From: Gammaproteobacteria bacterium
Lineage (GTDB): Bacteria > Pseudomonadota > Gammaproteobacteria > GCA-2400775
Direction of reading: 5' to 3'
Length of the DNA stretch: 64,000 nt
Assembly (NCBI GenBank): GCA_015492075.1
Contig: WGFU01000032.1
Span: forward strand, 4,359-68,358
In this document: positions 28,087 to 37,445 of the stretch, piece by piece
Position numbering within the stretch: the first letter of the stretch is position 1
How the letters are laid out: the number at the start of each line of letters is the position of its first letter
The notes under the pieces: generated by a model
What the model was told of the DNA's origin: nothing
Database searches by the model: none
What the model saw: the letters and a program-made list of their open reading frames with translations, nothing else
Translations under genes and position numbers: made by a program

Positions 28087-28824
28087 TTAGAGATCGATAT
28101 CCATGGTGTAGGACAGAACAAATTTGAGTTCATCATTGTCGAGGCCGTCTGACCCGGCGTTACTAAGGTCGGTGTCGGACACCATGAATGCGAACGGGCC
28201 TTTCGCCAAGGCTACATTGTAGTCGATGTATGATCCAGGGACACCGTTAAAGGCTTCGCTAAAATCACCATCGTGGTAACCGACATGAAAGGACAGTTCC
28301 AGTTCAGAAGAGACTTCAAGCGCATAATCTGCTGCGTAGTAAATGGTGTCGCCAAAGTCAAAGCTGGAACCGTTGGCGTCGTCGGCTTCTGAATGAGCAA
28401 AGACATTGACGCTTGTGCTGAAGCCGCCAAAACTTAGTGAGCCGTAGACTTCGGCAAAGTCGAAGTTAGCGGCGTCGTCATAGTTGTAATAGAGATAGCC
28501 GATGTCATAACCGATGCCGCTAGCCGTTTCGCTGGAATAACCGAAATAGAGATCATTTTCATAGGAAAAATCGTCGGCGTCGGCATACTCCACGTTGGAT
28601 ACCCAGGTGCCTACGTAGAAGCCGTTGCCGCTGGCGTAGTCGATACCACCTTGTACCGCTGAGCGGTTAACGCTTTGGGTGAGTCCTCGCCAGATGTAAT
28701 TGTTGGTGATGGACACGTTGGCCGACAGCCCTTCGACTGCGAAGGCGGCGGGTGCCAGGGTGGTGGCACCGATAGCGAGGGAGGTGGCCAGGGCGATCGG
28801 GCTAAGTTTTTGAGTGAAAATCAT
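28087..28824 (-). CDS. TorF-family (Gcw_chp) putative outer-membrane porin
   Basis: Signal peptide, the family-typical NNYIWRGLTQS, alternating beta-strand pattern, and a C-terminal aromatic-rich strand. Confidence 0.7.
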   Translation of the reverse strand: MIFTQKLSPIALATSLAIGATTLAPAAFAVEGLSANVSITNNYIWRGLTQSVNRSAVQGGIDYASGNGFYVGTWVSNVEYADADDFSYENDLYFGYSSETASGIGYDIGYLYYNYDDAANFDFAEVYGSLSFGGFSTSVNVFAHSEADDANGSSFDFGDTIYYAADYALEVSSELELSFHVGYHDGDFSEAFNGVPGSYIDYNVALAKGPFAFMVSDTDLSNAGSDGLDNDELKFVLSYTMDIDL

Positions 28825-28920
28825 TGTTATCTCCTGTTATTAGGTAAAAATAGGTACTTCAATATCCAGGTGCGCTGTCTCGTGTCCAGGTCATGCAGTA
28901 CGGAACCTGAGCCTTTTGTA

Positions 28921-28935
28921 GCAGCTAATGTGCCA
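28921..28935 (-). promoter_or_regulatory. Sigma54 (-24/-12) promoter TGGCAC-attag-CTGC upstream of the porin gene
   Basis: The minus strand reads tTGGCACATTAGCTGCt. The GG-N10-GC spacing is exact, and it lies about 90-100 nt upstream of ATG 28824. Confidence 0.5.
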
Positions 28936-29040
28936 AGAGTATTTTCTACTTATTTAACAATGACTTAAGGATGGATTGGGGGCGATGTTGTTTTTTGGCA
29001 AAAAACAAATGCACTATTTTGAAGCGTTGCTTGTTGGGCT

Positions 29041-29057
29041 GGCACCGCTTTGGTGCG
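29041..29057. promoter_or_regulatory. NtrC-type enhancer site GGCACC-gcttt-GGTGCG
   Basis: Inverted repeat GCACC-N5-GGTGC (consensus TGCACC-N5-GGTGCA), about 110-125 bp upstream of the sigma54 element. Confidence 0.4.
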
Positions 29058-29083
29058 CAAAAATTTGTCGGCGTTAAGGGGGG

Positions 29084-30175
29084 CTAGCTTAAGGCTTTAG
29101 CGTAGGCGGTTTCAGACAAGGTGTTCCATTGAGCGTTGTCTTTGGCAAAGGCGCGGTAGGCACTGAGTACCTTGGCAAAGGTGGCGTCTTTTGCTGCTTC
29201 TTCATTGAGTGATTCTGCTGTGAGTTGTTTGAGTGCGGCGATGACATCATCAGGAAAAGGCAGGATCTCGACCCGATGTTTTTCACGCAGGGTTTTTAGG
29301 GCGGCGAGGTTTTTGGCTTCGAACTCTGACAGCATCCATATATTGCTGGCCGCGGCGGCGTTTTCGACAATTAATTGTAAATCTTGCGGCAATTCTTGCC
29401 AGGCGCTGCTATTAATGATTAATTCGAGTGTGGGGCCTGGCTCATGCCAGCCAGGGTAATAGTAGTAGTCGGCAGCGCGGTGCAGGCCAAGGCGCAAATC
29501 ATGGTAGGGGCCGACCCATTCAGTTGCATCAATGTTACCGCGTTCCAATGAGGTGTAGATCTCGCCACCCGCCAGCAAGACCGGATTGACTCCAGCCTTG
29601 GCCATAACCTTGCCGCCCAAGCCAGGGATGCGCATTTTAAGGCCTTTTAAGTCCGCCATGGATTCAATCTTTTTGCGGAACCAGCCACCCATCTGGACGC
29701 CGGTGTTGCCCATTGGCAATGGTGTCAGATTAAACGGTTGATACACTTCCTGCCATAGCTTGCGACCATCGCCGTAATACATCCAGGCGTTCATACCCTG
29801 CGCGTTGAGGCCAAAAGGAACGGCGGTGAAAAATTGCGCGGCCGGAATCTTGCCGGACCAGTAATAGGCGGCGCCATGGCCCATTTCGACGGTGCCCTGA
29901 GAGACGGCATCAAAGCTTTGCAAAGGCGGGATTAATTCGCCACCGGCGAATACGGTAATACGTAGGCGGCCATTACTCATCTTGCTGACGTCGCGGCTAA
30001 AGCGTTCCACACCTTCGTGAAAGATCGGAAAATTAGGCGGCCAGGTAGTGACCAGCTTCCAGTTAAAGCGACGACCCGATGCGGTGCGTGCACTTTGTTT
30101 GCCGCGTTGACAGGCGGCCAGGCCTGTGGCGATGCCGGCAGCACCGAGCCCTCGGACAAATTGGCGTCTTTTCAT
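29084..30175 (-). CDS. TRAP transporter substrate-binding protein (Tat-signal, DctP-type)
   Basis: The start was moved to ATG 30175 (MKRRQFVRGLGAAGIATGLAAC, twin-arginine). The DctP-family fold pattern runs throughout. Confidence 0.9.
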   Translation of the reverse strand: MKRRQFVRGLGAAGIATGLAACQRGKQSARTASGRRFNWKLVTTWPPNFPIFHEGVERFSRDVSKMSNGRLRITVFAGGELIPPLQSFDAVSQGTVEMGHGAAYYWSGKIPAAQFFTAVPFGLNAQGMNAWMYYGDGRKLWQEVYQPFNLTPLPMGNTGVQMGGWFRKKIESMADLKGLKMRIPGLGGKVMAKAGVNPVLLAGGEIYTSLERGNIDATEWVGPYHDLRLGLHRAADYYYYPGWHEPGPTLELIINSSAWQELPQDLQLIVENAAAASNIWMLSEFEAKNLAALKTLREKHRVEILPFPDDVIAALKQLTAESLNEEAAKDATFAKVLSAYRAFAKDNAQWNTLSETAYAKALS

Positions 30176-30189
30176 TGTGACTTGATTTC

Positions 30190-32376
30190 CTATAGCGCCT
30201 GCAGATTGGCGTAGGCAGCGACCAGCCATTTGCTGCCGCTGGCGTTGAAATTGATTTGGACTCGAGCCTGACTGCCTTGGCCTTCATAGCTCATCACTGT
30301 GCCTTCGCCAAACTTCGGGTGTGAGACCTGTTGGCCAAGACGCAGTCCGCCGGGCGCATCATCAGCTGGTGCCCTGCGCCGTCGTACTGCTTGCGGCCGC
30401 CTATGCCGCATCGCACTGACCTGGGGTGCGCGCTGCCTGGGCCGAATTTCCTTGATGAGCTGTTCAGGAATCTCGCTAATAAAGCGTGATGGTGCGGCAA
30501 AGGTTTCAGCGCCGTGAATGCGACGCGTCTCGGCGTGTGTGATAGTGAGCCTTTGCCGTGCACGCGTAATGCCCACATAACAAAGCCTTCGTTCTTCTTC
30601 TAAACGCCCCGGCTCGTTCATTGACATCTGATGCGGAAACAAGCCTTCTTCGACACCGCATAAGAATACGGTGGGGAACTCTAAGCCTTTGGCGCTGTGC
30701 AGGGTCATCAGCTGGACACAGTCGTCGTTTTGGTCGCCCTCAGATTCCCCGGCCTCTAGCGAGGCGTGCGCAAGAAAAGCATCCAGCGGTGCCATGTCCA
30801 TCGATTCATCGTGTTGAAACTGTTTGGCCGCAGAGCCCAGTTCTTCCAGATTTTCGATACGCGCCTGACCGCGTTCGCCTTTGTCTTTTTTGAAATGCTC
30901 GATCAATCCCGTGTGTTCAACCACGAGCTCGACGGTGTCGCCAAGTTCTAGCCCTTCACAATCGCTGGATAGTTCTTCGATAAGGCTAATAAAACCCGAT
31001 AAGGCGCTGATCGCGCGCGAAGCCAATAGTTGTTGATGGCATAGCGCGCAGGCGGCATCCCATAGTGAAACGCGGTAATCACGTGAATAATCACGAATGG
31101 CCTGTAAGCTGCGCTCACCAATACCGCGGGTGGGTAGATTCACCACGCGCTCAAACGATGCGTCGTCATGACGATTGCTTAACAGGCGTAAGTAAGCGAG
31201 CGCGTCTTTGATTTCCGCGCGTTCGTAGAATCGCAGGCCGCCATAAACACGATAAGATATGCCACGTGCCAATAAAGCTTCTTCAAACAAGCGTGATTGC
31301 GCGTTAGAGCGATAGAGAATGGCATGGTCACTACGGCGCATGTCCAATTCAGTGTAGATCGAGATCTGTTCAACGACGTAGCGTGCTTCTTCAATATCGT
31401 TGAAGGCGCGGTAGAGCTGGATCGGCTCGCCATTGTTTCCATCGGTCCAAAGCTCTTTGCCCAAGCGTGCAGTGTTATTCGAAATCAAGGCATTGGCGGC
31501 CTTTAATATATTGCCGGTGGAGCGGTAGTTTTGCTCCAGACGGAAAGTTTGCGCGCCGCTAAAATCTTTACTAAAGCGCTGGATGTTTTCAATCTTGGCG
31601 CCGCGCCAACCATAGATAGACTGGTCATCATCGCCAACGACAAACAGTTTGCTTTGGTCTCCCGCCAGCATTTGAATCCAGGCATACTGAATAGAGTTAG
31701 TGTCCTGGAACTCGTCAACCAGGATATTAGAAAAACGGCTACGATAATGCGCCAGTATTGCCGGTTTGTTACGCCACAGCTCATGCGCGCGCAATAGCAA
31801 CTCGGCAAAATCTATCAACCCACCGCGCTGGCAAATATCTTCGTAGCCTTGGTAGATCTTGATCATTTGTCGTAGATACGGGTCGCCGCGATCTTCGATA
31901 TGTGCCGCACGCAGGCCTTCATCTTTGCGTGAATTAATAAATCCCTGCGCCTGTTTGGCCGGCCATTGTGAATCGTCAAGATCCATGGCCTTGATCAGGC
32001 GTTTGATGACGCGTTGCTGATCCTGTGAGTCGAGGATTTGAAAGCCCTGGGGCAGGCCGGCGTCTTGCCAATGGGCCCTGAGCAAGCGATGGGCCAGGCT
32101 ATGAAAAGTACCGACCCACATAGAACCAACCGGAATGCCCAGCAGGCTTTCGATACGGCCGCGCATTTCGGCTGAGGCTTTGTTGGTAAAGGTTACGGCA
32201 AGCACTGCGTATGGCGAGACTTTTTCGACATCGATTAACCAACTTATTCGATGCACCAGTACCCGTGTTTTGCCACTACCGGCACCTGCCAGTACCAGTG
32301 CATGTTGGCCGTCGACGGTGACGGCATTACGTTGGGCTTCATTGAGGGGGTTTAATATTTCGCTGACATCCATCAC
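30190..32376 (-). CDS. uvrD: DNA helicase II UvrD
   Basis: 728 aa with GAGSGKTRVL, DEFQDTN, and the C-terminal HPKFGEGTV tail. Confidence 0.93.
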   Translation of the reverse strand: MMDVSEILNPLNEAQRNAVTVDGQHALVLAGAGSGKTRVLVHRISWLIDVEKVSPYAVLAVTFTNKASAEMRGRIESLLGIPVGSMWVGTFHSLAHRLLRAHWQDAGLPQGFQILDSQDQQRVIKRLIKAMDLDDSQWPAKQAQGFINSRKDEGLRAAHIEDRGDPYLRQMIKIYQGYEDICQRGGLIDFAELLLRAHELWRNKPAILAHYRSRFSNILVDEFQDTNSIQYAWIQMLAGDQSKLFVVGDDDQSIYGWRGAKIENIQRFSKDFSGAQTFRLEQNYRSTGNILKAANALISNNTARLGKELWTDGNNGEPIQLYRAFNDIEEARYVVEQISIYTELDMRRSDHAILYRSNAQSRLFEEALLARGISYRVYGGLRFYERAEIKDALAYLRLLSNRHDDASFERVVNLPTRGIGERSLQAIRDYSRDYRVSLWDAACALCHQQLLASRAISALSGFISLIEELSSDCEGLELGDTVELVVEHTGLIEHFKKDKGERGQARIENLEELGSAAKQFQHDESMDMAPLDAFLAHASLEAGESEGDQNDDCVQLMTLHSAKGLEFPTVFLCGVEEGLFPHQMSMNEPGRLEEERRLCYVGITRARQRLTITHAETRRIHGAETFAAPSRFISEIPEQLIKEIRPRQRAPQVSAMRHRRPQAVRRRRAPADDAPGGLRLGQQVSHPKFGEGTVMSYEGQGSQARVQINFNASGSKWLVAAYANLQAL

Positions 32377-32477
32377 GGCATTTTAACAGATTGTGCCATT
32401 GACCATGGTTTAAGAGTGACGCTGACATTCGACAGCGGCTAACGTATCATTAGCGCTAACGTAGGTGGGAGAACAGT

Positions 32478-32924
32478 GTGATTTTATCGGGTATTAAACA
32501 GAGTTTAGCCGCCTTTGGTCTGTGCCTTATGCTGCTGATGTTGGTGAGCTGTGAGCAACCGCTGAAGGTCGATCCGCAAGCGGTGGCCGCTGATTTTTAC
32601 ACCAATTTGAAGAACAAGGATTTTGAAGCCGCCAGCAAATTGTTTTCCGCCGGCATGCAAAAAAGCGTACCTCATCAGGCCTGGATTGATTTTCTGACCG
32701 GCGTACAAAAGGATCTGGGCAGTTTAAAAGGAGTGCGTTTCAAAAATGTTGAGACCAATACGGTGCGTACTGGCCGTATGTTTATCTTTGACGTTGCGGC
32801 AAGTTATGAAAACGGCAATAGCGCCGAGACACTGAGTTTGTTCCAAGGTCTAAGAGCCACCGATCTTGAAGCGGTGGCCTACGACGTCAAGGCCAATGGG
32901 CTGACGGTGCGCGCGCCGCGTTAG
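32478..32924 (+). CDS. Hypothetical lipoprotein
   Basis: Lipobox LVSC. No recognisable family. Confidence 0.45.
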   Translation: MILSGIKQSLAAFGLCLMLLMLVSCEQPLKVDPQAVAADFYTNLKNKDFEAASKLFSAGMQKSVPHQAWIDFLTGVQKDLGSLKGVRFKNVETNTVRTGRMFIFDVAASYENGNSAETLSLFQGLRATDLEAVAYDVKANGLTVRAPR

Positions 32925-32956
32925 CCAGCGTTCCCGGCCTGTGCCCCGAGCCTGTT

Positions 32957-34459
32957 TTAAACGCTACGATCCAAACGACGATAATTGATGGCCTCATGCA
33001 GGTGTGGGCTGGTGATATGCTCGTTGCCCGCCAAATCAGCGATGGTGCGTGCGACCTTGAGGATGCGATGGTAGGCGCGGGCCGAGAGTTTAAGCTGCGT
33101 CATCGCCTGCTGCAGTCGCTCTGCATCTTCATCACGTAGCGCACAGTATTGTCGGATCTCTTTTTCACTTAATGCTTGGTTAGTTTTATTGCAGCGTTGC
33201 GTTTGCAATAAGCGCGCTGCGGCGATGCGTTTGGCCACCTCCCTACTTGACTCAGCGGCCCCCCTGTTATGCAGTTCTTTTACTAGTACTGCGGGCACTT
33301 CAACATGCAGGTCGATACGGTCGAGTAAAGGGCCTGAAATGCGCGCGCGGTAGCGGTTTATCTGATCGGGTGAACAACGACAAGCGGCGTTGTTATCACC
33401 GTGGTGGCCGCAAGGGCAGGGATTCATGGCAGCAATTAATTGAAAGCGAGCCGGGTATTGAGCTTGCCGAGCGGCGCGCGAGATAGAGATGCTGCCTGAC
33501 TCCAAGGGTTCGCGTAGAACTTCCAATACCTTACGATCAAACTCTGGTAGCTCGTCGAGAAACAAGACGCCGTTGTGGGCTAGTGAAATTTCGCCTGGTT
33601 TGGCCAGACTACCACCACCCACCAGCGCGACTGCTGAAGAAGTATGATGCGGGTGGCGGTAAGGGCGGCGCCCCCAGTGCTGCCAATCGATGCCCTGGTT
33701 ACTGACCGAGCTGATCATCGCGGTTTCCAGCATTTCATCCTCGGTCAGCGGTGGCAGTAGCTTGAGCAAGCGTGCAGCAAGCATGGTTTTGCCGCTGCCT
33801 GGCGGGCCGATCATAATCAAGTTGTGACCACCGGCGGCAGCGACTTCCAGGGCGCGCTTGGCATGAAACTGACCGTGAACCTCGCTCAGATCGGCGTCGT
33901 TTGTGGTGGCGTCAATGTAAGGCCGCGGTGTGATACGCGCCAGCGGGCGACAGTCTTGTAGGTGTGCACAGACAGCCAATAAATGGTCGGCGCCGACGCA
34001 ATGCGCAGTTTTTATCAGGCCGGCCTCAGCCGCATTAGCTTGCGGCAAGATCAGTCGATGCTCGGCCTTGCTGGCGGCGAGCACAAACGGTGCTATGCCG
34101 TGACAGGCACGCAAGCTGCCGTCCAGGCCCAGTTCACCGATAATTTCATATTGGTCGAGACTGTCTTGCTTGATTTGCCCCGAGGCACATAAAATACCGA
34201 GTGCGATGGCAAGGTCGTAGCGCGCGCCCTCTTTGGGCAGGTCGGCAGGCGCCAGGTTGACGGTAATGCGGCGTGGCGGGAATTCGAATTGCGAATTGAG
34301 CAAGGCGCTACGAACACGATCCTTGCTTTCCTTGACGGCGGTTTCCGGCAGTCCGACGATGGAAAAGCTGGGTAAGCCGCGTGATAAGTGCACTTCAACC
34401 ACGACAGGCGGCGCACTAATACCGACTGCCGCCCGACTCCGGACCTTCGCTAACGCCAT
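32957..34459 (-). CDS. yifB: YifB/ComM-family Mg-chelatase-like AAA+ ATPase
   Basis: 500 aa with an N-terminal Lon-like domain, Walker A GPPGSGKTMLA, and FLDELPEF. Confidence 0.9.
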   Translation of the reverse strand: MALAKVRSRAAVGISAPPVVVEVHLSRGLPSFSIVGLPETAVKESKDRVRSALLNSQFEFPPRRITVNLAPADLPKEGARYDLAIALGILCASGQIKQDSLDQYEIIGELGLDGSLRACHGIAPFVLAASKAEHRLILPQANAAEAGLIKTAHCVGADHLLAVCAHLQDCRPLARITPRPYIDATTNDADLSEVHGQFHAKRALEVAAAGGHNLIMIGPPGSGKTMLAARLLKLLPPLTEDEMLETAMISSVSNQGIDWQHWGRRPYRHPHHTSSAVALVGGGSLAKPGEISLAHNGVLFLDELPEFDRKVLEVLREPLESGSISISRAARQAQYPARFQLIAAMNPCPCGHHGDNNAACRCSPDQINRYRARISGPLLDRIDLHVEVPAVLVKELHNRGAAESSREVAKRIAAARLLQTQRCNKTNQALSEKEIRQYCALRDEDAERLQQAMTQLKLSARAYHRILKVARTIADLAGNEHITSPHLHEAINYRRLDRSV

Positions 34460-34512
34460 ACTACATCCTTGTTGCTTGGGCGCGGCTCTTTGCCTCGCTC
34501 GATAATTAAAGC

Positions 34513-34755
34513 TTACTTAAGCGCTTCCAGCTCCGCCAGTTGTTTCTCCAGGGCATCGACCTTGCTACGTGTGCGTTCCAGCACGCCGCGTTGGACATCA
34601 AACTCGTCGCGTGTAACGAGATCAAGCTTGCCTAGTCGTGATTGTAAAAGGCTAACAAATTGCTGTTCAAGATCGGCTTGTACAGCACGCACTCCACCGG
34701 GCACAGCGGCTGCCAGCTTCTTTGCGAGCTCATTGAATAATTTGGCGTCGATCAT
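34513..34755 (-). CDS. ubiK: UbiK/YqiC-family accessory factor
   Basis: 80-aa coiled coil beginning MIDAKLFNELAKKL..VTRDEFDVQ. Confidence 0.7.
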   Translation of the reverse strand: MIDAKLFNELAKKLAAAVPGGVRAVQADLEQQFVSLLQSRLGKLDLVTRDEFDVQRGVLERTRSKVDALEKQLAELEALK

Positions 34756-34830
34756 CGATGACAGTCCATATTTCCGGAAAACACTCGCATTTTAGCGCAT
34801 AAAGAGCAGGACATAAATGTGAAGACAATT

Positions 34831-34847
34831 TGCCCCAACCTGGTGCT
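34831..34847. promoter_or_regulatory. NtrC binding site TGCCCCAACCTGGTGCT
   Basis: Matches TGCACC-N5-GGTGCA at 10 of the 12 specified positions. It lies about 100 bp upstream of the sigma54 element of glnK. Confidence 0.5.
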
Positions 34848-34941
34848 CAAACCCAATATGAATGACTCATAATGGTGCGGGCAATAGATGGCGGAAGCCG
34901 TGAATTTATTTAACTTGCTGATTTTAATCGTAAAAAAACTT

Positions 34942-34957
34942 TGGCATAAATGATGCC
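34942..34957 (+). promoter_or_regulatory. Sigma54 promoter TGGCAT-aaatga-TGC for glnK-amtB
   Basis: Exact GG-N10-GC spacing, about 190 nt upstream of the glnK ATG. Confidence 0.5.
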
Positions 34958-35121
34958 CTATTACGACTCGTCTAAGAGCGTGATTGGGCGCGCATTGCGT
35001 GATTGGTGCGGCGAATACATTGTCGGCCTCATGGCCAGTGCTAGAACGAAAACAGGTCATCACTTCAGGGTCGTTTGCTGGGGATCAGGCCAAAAAATAC
35101 AGCGCTTGTTCTACTGGATAG

Positions 35122-35487
<366 letters not shown>

Positions 35488-35525
35488 AAAATTAATTTTA
35501 GAATTTAACTTCCGCGGAGGACGTT

Positions 35526-36791
35526 ATGGAAAGTAATATTTTTCATCTACAGTATGCCTTGGACACCTTTTATTTTCTGGTGTGCGGCGCGCTGGTAATG
35601 TGGATGGCCGCTGGCTTTTCCATGCTCGAAGCCGGTTTGGTTCGAGCCAAAAACACGACTGAAATTTTGACCAAGAATGTCGCGCTCTACGCCATTTCCT
35701 GCATTATGTACATGGTTATCGGCTATGAAATCATGTATGACGGTGGTGCCTTTCTTTCCGGTATCGCCGATGTTGACGTTGATGCCGTGCTGGGCGAGTT
35801 CGCCGAGCGAGAAGATGGCTTTACCGGCGGTTCCATTTACGCCGGTGCTTCCGACTTCTTCTTCCAGGTTGTATTCGTTGCGACGGCGATGTCCATTGTT
35901 TCTGGTGCCGTGGCGGAGCGTATGAAGCTGTGGTCGTTCTTGATCTTCGCCGTGGTTATGACCGGTTTTATCTACCCTATGGAAGGTAGCTGGACCTGGA
36001 ACGGCGCTGATGTATTTGGTCTGTACAACCTCGGTGATTTGGGTTTCTCTGATTTCGCCGGTTCCGGTATTGTCCATATGGCCGGTGCTGCGGCCGCTTT
36101 GGCAGGCGTGATCCTGCTGGGTGCACGAAAAGGTAAATACGGTGCTGATGGCCAGGTTCATGCTATTCCCGGTGCCAACCTACCTTTGGCCACCTTGGGT
36201 ACTTTTATCTTGTGGATGGGTTGGTTCGGCTTCAACGGCGGCTCGGTCTTAAAGCTGGGCGATATTGCCAATGCGGCGTCGGTTGCTATGGTGTTCTTAA
36301 ATACCAATGCTGCCGCTGCCGGTGGTCTGGTTGCTGCTTTGTTGCTAGCACGTATCATGTTCGGCAAGGCTGACTTGACCATGGCGCTTAACGGTGCGCT
36401 GGCCGGTTTGGTTGCCATTACTGCTGAGCCTTCGACTCCAACTGCATTACAGGCAACGTTGTTTGGTGCCGCTGGCGGTTTCATCGTGGTGCTGTCCATC
36501 GTCTTGCTCGACAAGCTCAAGCTTGATGACCCCGTCGGCGCCATTTCCGTTCACGGCAGCGTTGGTTTGTTTGGTTTGCTGATTGTGCCTATAACGAACG
36601 AAGGTGCTAAGTTTTCCGGCCAAATTGCGGGTGCGCTGACGATCTTTGTCTGGGTTTTTGTCACCAGCTTTATTGTTTGGGGCGCACTTAAAGTCTTTAT
36701 GGGTGTTCGCGTTAGTGAGGAAGACGAATACGCAGGGGTTGACTTGTCCGAATGTGGAATGGAAGCCTACCCGGAGTTCTGCAACAAGTAA
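35526..36791 (+). CDS. amtB: Ammonium transporter AmtB
   Basis: 421 aa, 11-TM Amt family (DFAGSGIVHMAGAAAAL; SVHGSVGLFG). Confidence 0.95.
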   Translation: MESNIFHLQYALDTFYFLVCGALVMWMAAGFSMLEAGLVRAKNTTEILTKNVALYAISCIMYMVIGYEIMYDGGAFLSGIADVDVDAVLGEFAEREDGFTGGSIYAGASDFFFQVVFVATAMSIVSGAVAERMKLWSFLIFAVVMTGFIYPMEGSWTWNGADVFGLYNLGDLGFSDFAGSGIVHMAGAAAALAGVILLGARKGKYGADGQVHAIPGANLPLATLGTFILWMGWFGFNGGSVLKLGDIANAASVAMVFLNTNAAAAGGLVAALLLARIMFGKADLTMALNGALAGLVAITAEPSTPTALQATLFGAAGGFIVVLSIVLLDKLKLDDPVGAISVHGSVGLFGLLIVPITNEGAKFSGQIAGALTIFVWVFVTSFIVWGALKVFMGVRVSEEDEYAGVDLSECGMEAYPEFCNK

Positions 36792-36813
36792 GATCCGGCT
36801 CAACTGATGGTTC

Positions 36814-36840
36814 AAGGGGCACTTCGGTGCCCCTTTTTTG
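36814..36840 (+). terminator. Rho-independent terminator after amtB
   Basis: AAGGGGCAC-ttcg-GTGCCCCTT followed by a T-run. Confidence 0.85.
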
Positions 36841-36932
36841 TGATCAGATCAGGAGGTTCTGCCAAAAAATATAGAAATTACGTTGCAATCGCGCTAAGTT
36901 AGCAACCAGGTTTCTTGTTATCGAGTTGTTCC

Positions 36933-37406
36933 ATGTATAAATTATGCGCCCTTTCCCTGCTGTTATTATTATTTTCAAGTGCACATGCCAAGTTATACCA
37001 ATGGACTGATGAGCAAGGCAACGTCCATTTCACCGATACCCCACCTATCGATGCCAATGTGCAGGAACGCAAGATCAAAGGCGGTAAGCCCAAGGCGGAA
37101 AGCATCAAAAAACTCCATGCCGAGCGTGAGGTGCGCGCCAAAGCGAAAGAAGATGCCGCCAAGGCGGCGCTGGTTGCCGAGCAAGAAGCCAAAAATCAGG
37201 CCATTCGCGACAAGAATTGCGCGATTGCGAAAAAGCGTTTGCGTTTCTACACTGAAGTGGCGCCGGCGCGTCGTGTCCGCGTCAAGCAAGCAGATGGCAG
37301 CTATTATTGGAAAACACCGGAAGATATTGCCAAGGACAGCGTCGAGGCACAAAAGCTGGTCGATGAGTGGTGTCATCCACGCTCTGACGCCGAGAGCAAG
37401 CCATAG
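36933..37406 (+). CDS. DUF4124 domain protein
   Basis: Signal peptide followed by LYQWTDEQGNVHFTDTPP. The start was moved to ATG 36933. Confidence 0.7.
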   Translation: MYKLCALSLLLLLFSSAHAKLYQWTDEQGNVHFTDTPPIDANVQERKIKGGKPKAESIKKLHAEREVRAKAKEDAAKAALVAEQEAKNQAIRDKNCAIAKKRLRFYTEVAPARRVRVKQADGSYYWKTPEDIAKDSVEAQKLVDEWCHPRSDAESKP

Positions 37407-37445
37407 TGCCGTTATTTTTGCTGGTTTTTATAGACCGAGCTGCTC

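Noticed and set aside
30176-30229. Longer start for the TRAP binding protein, overlapping uvrD
   Set aside because: The twin-arginine signal peptide begins at the internal ATG 30175. The extension would overlap the uvrD 3' end by 40 nt.
35547-36161. 204-aa minus-strand ORF antisense to amtB; similar long antisense ORFs occur at 41740-42327 (argS), 43048-43584 (spondin-like), 25749-26270 (ankyrin) and 57969-58502 (fructosamine kinase)
   Set aside because: Each lies wholly within a confidently assigned gene on the other strand and has low-complexity or implausible composition. They are treated as shadow frames.
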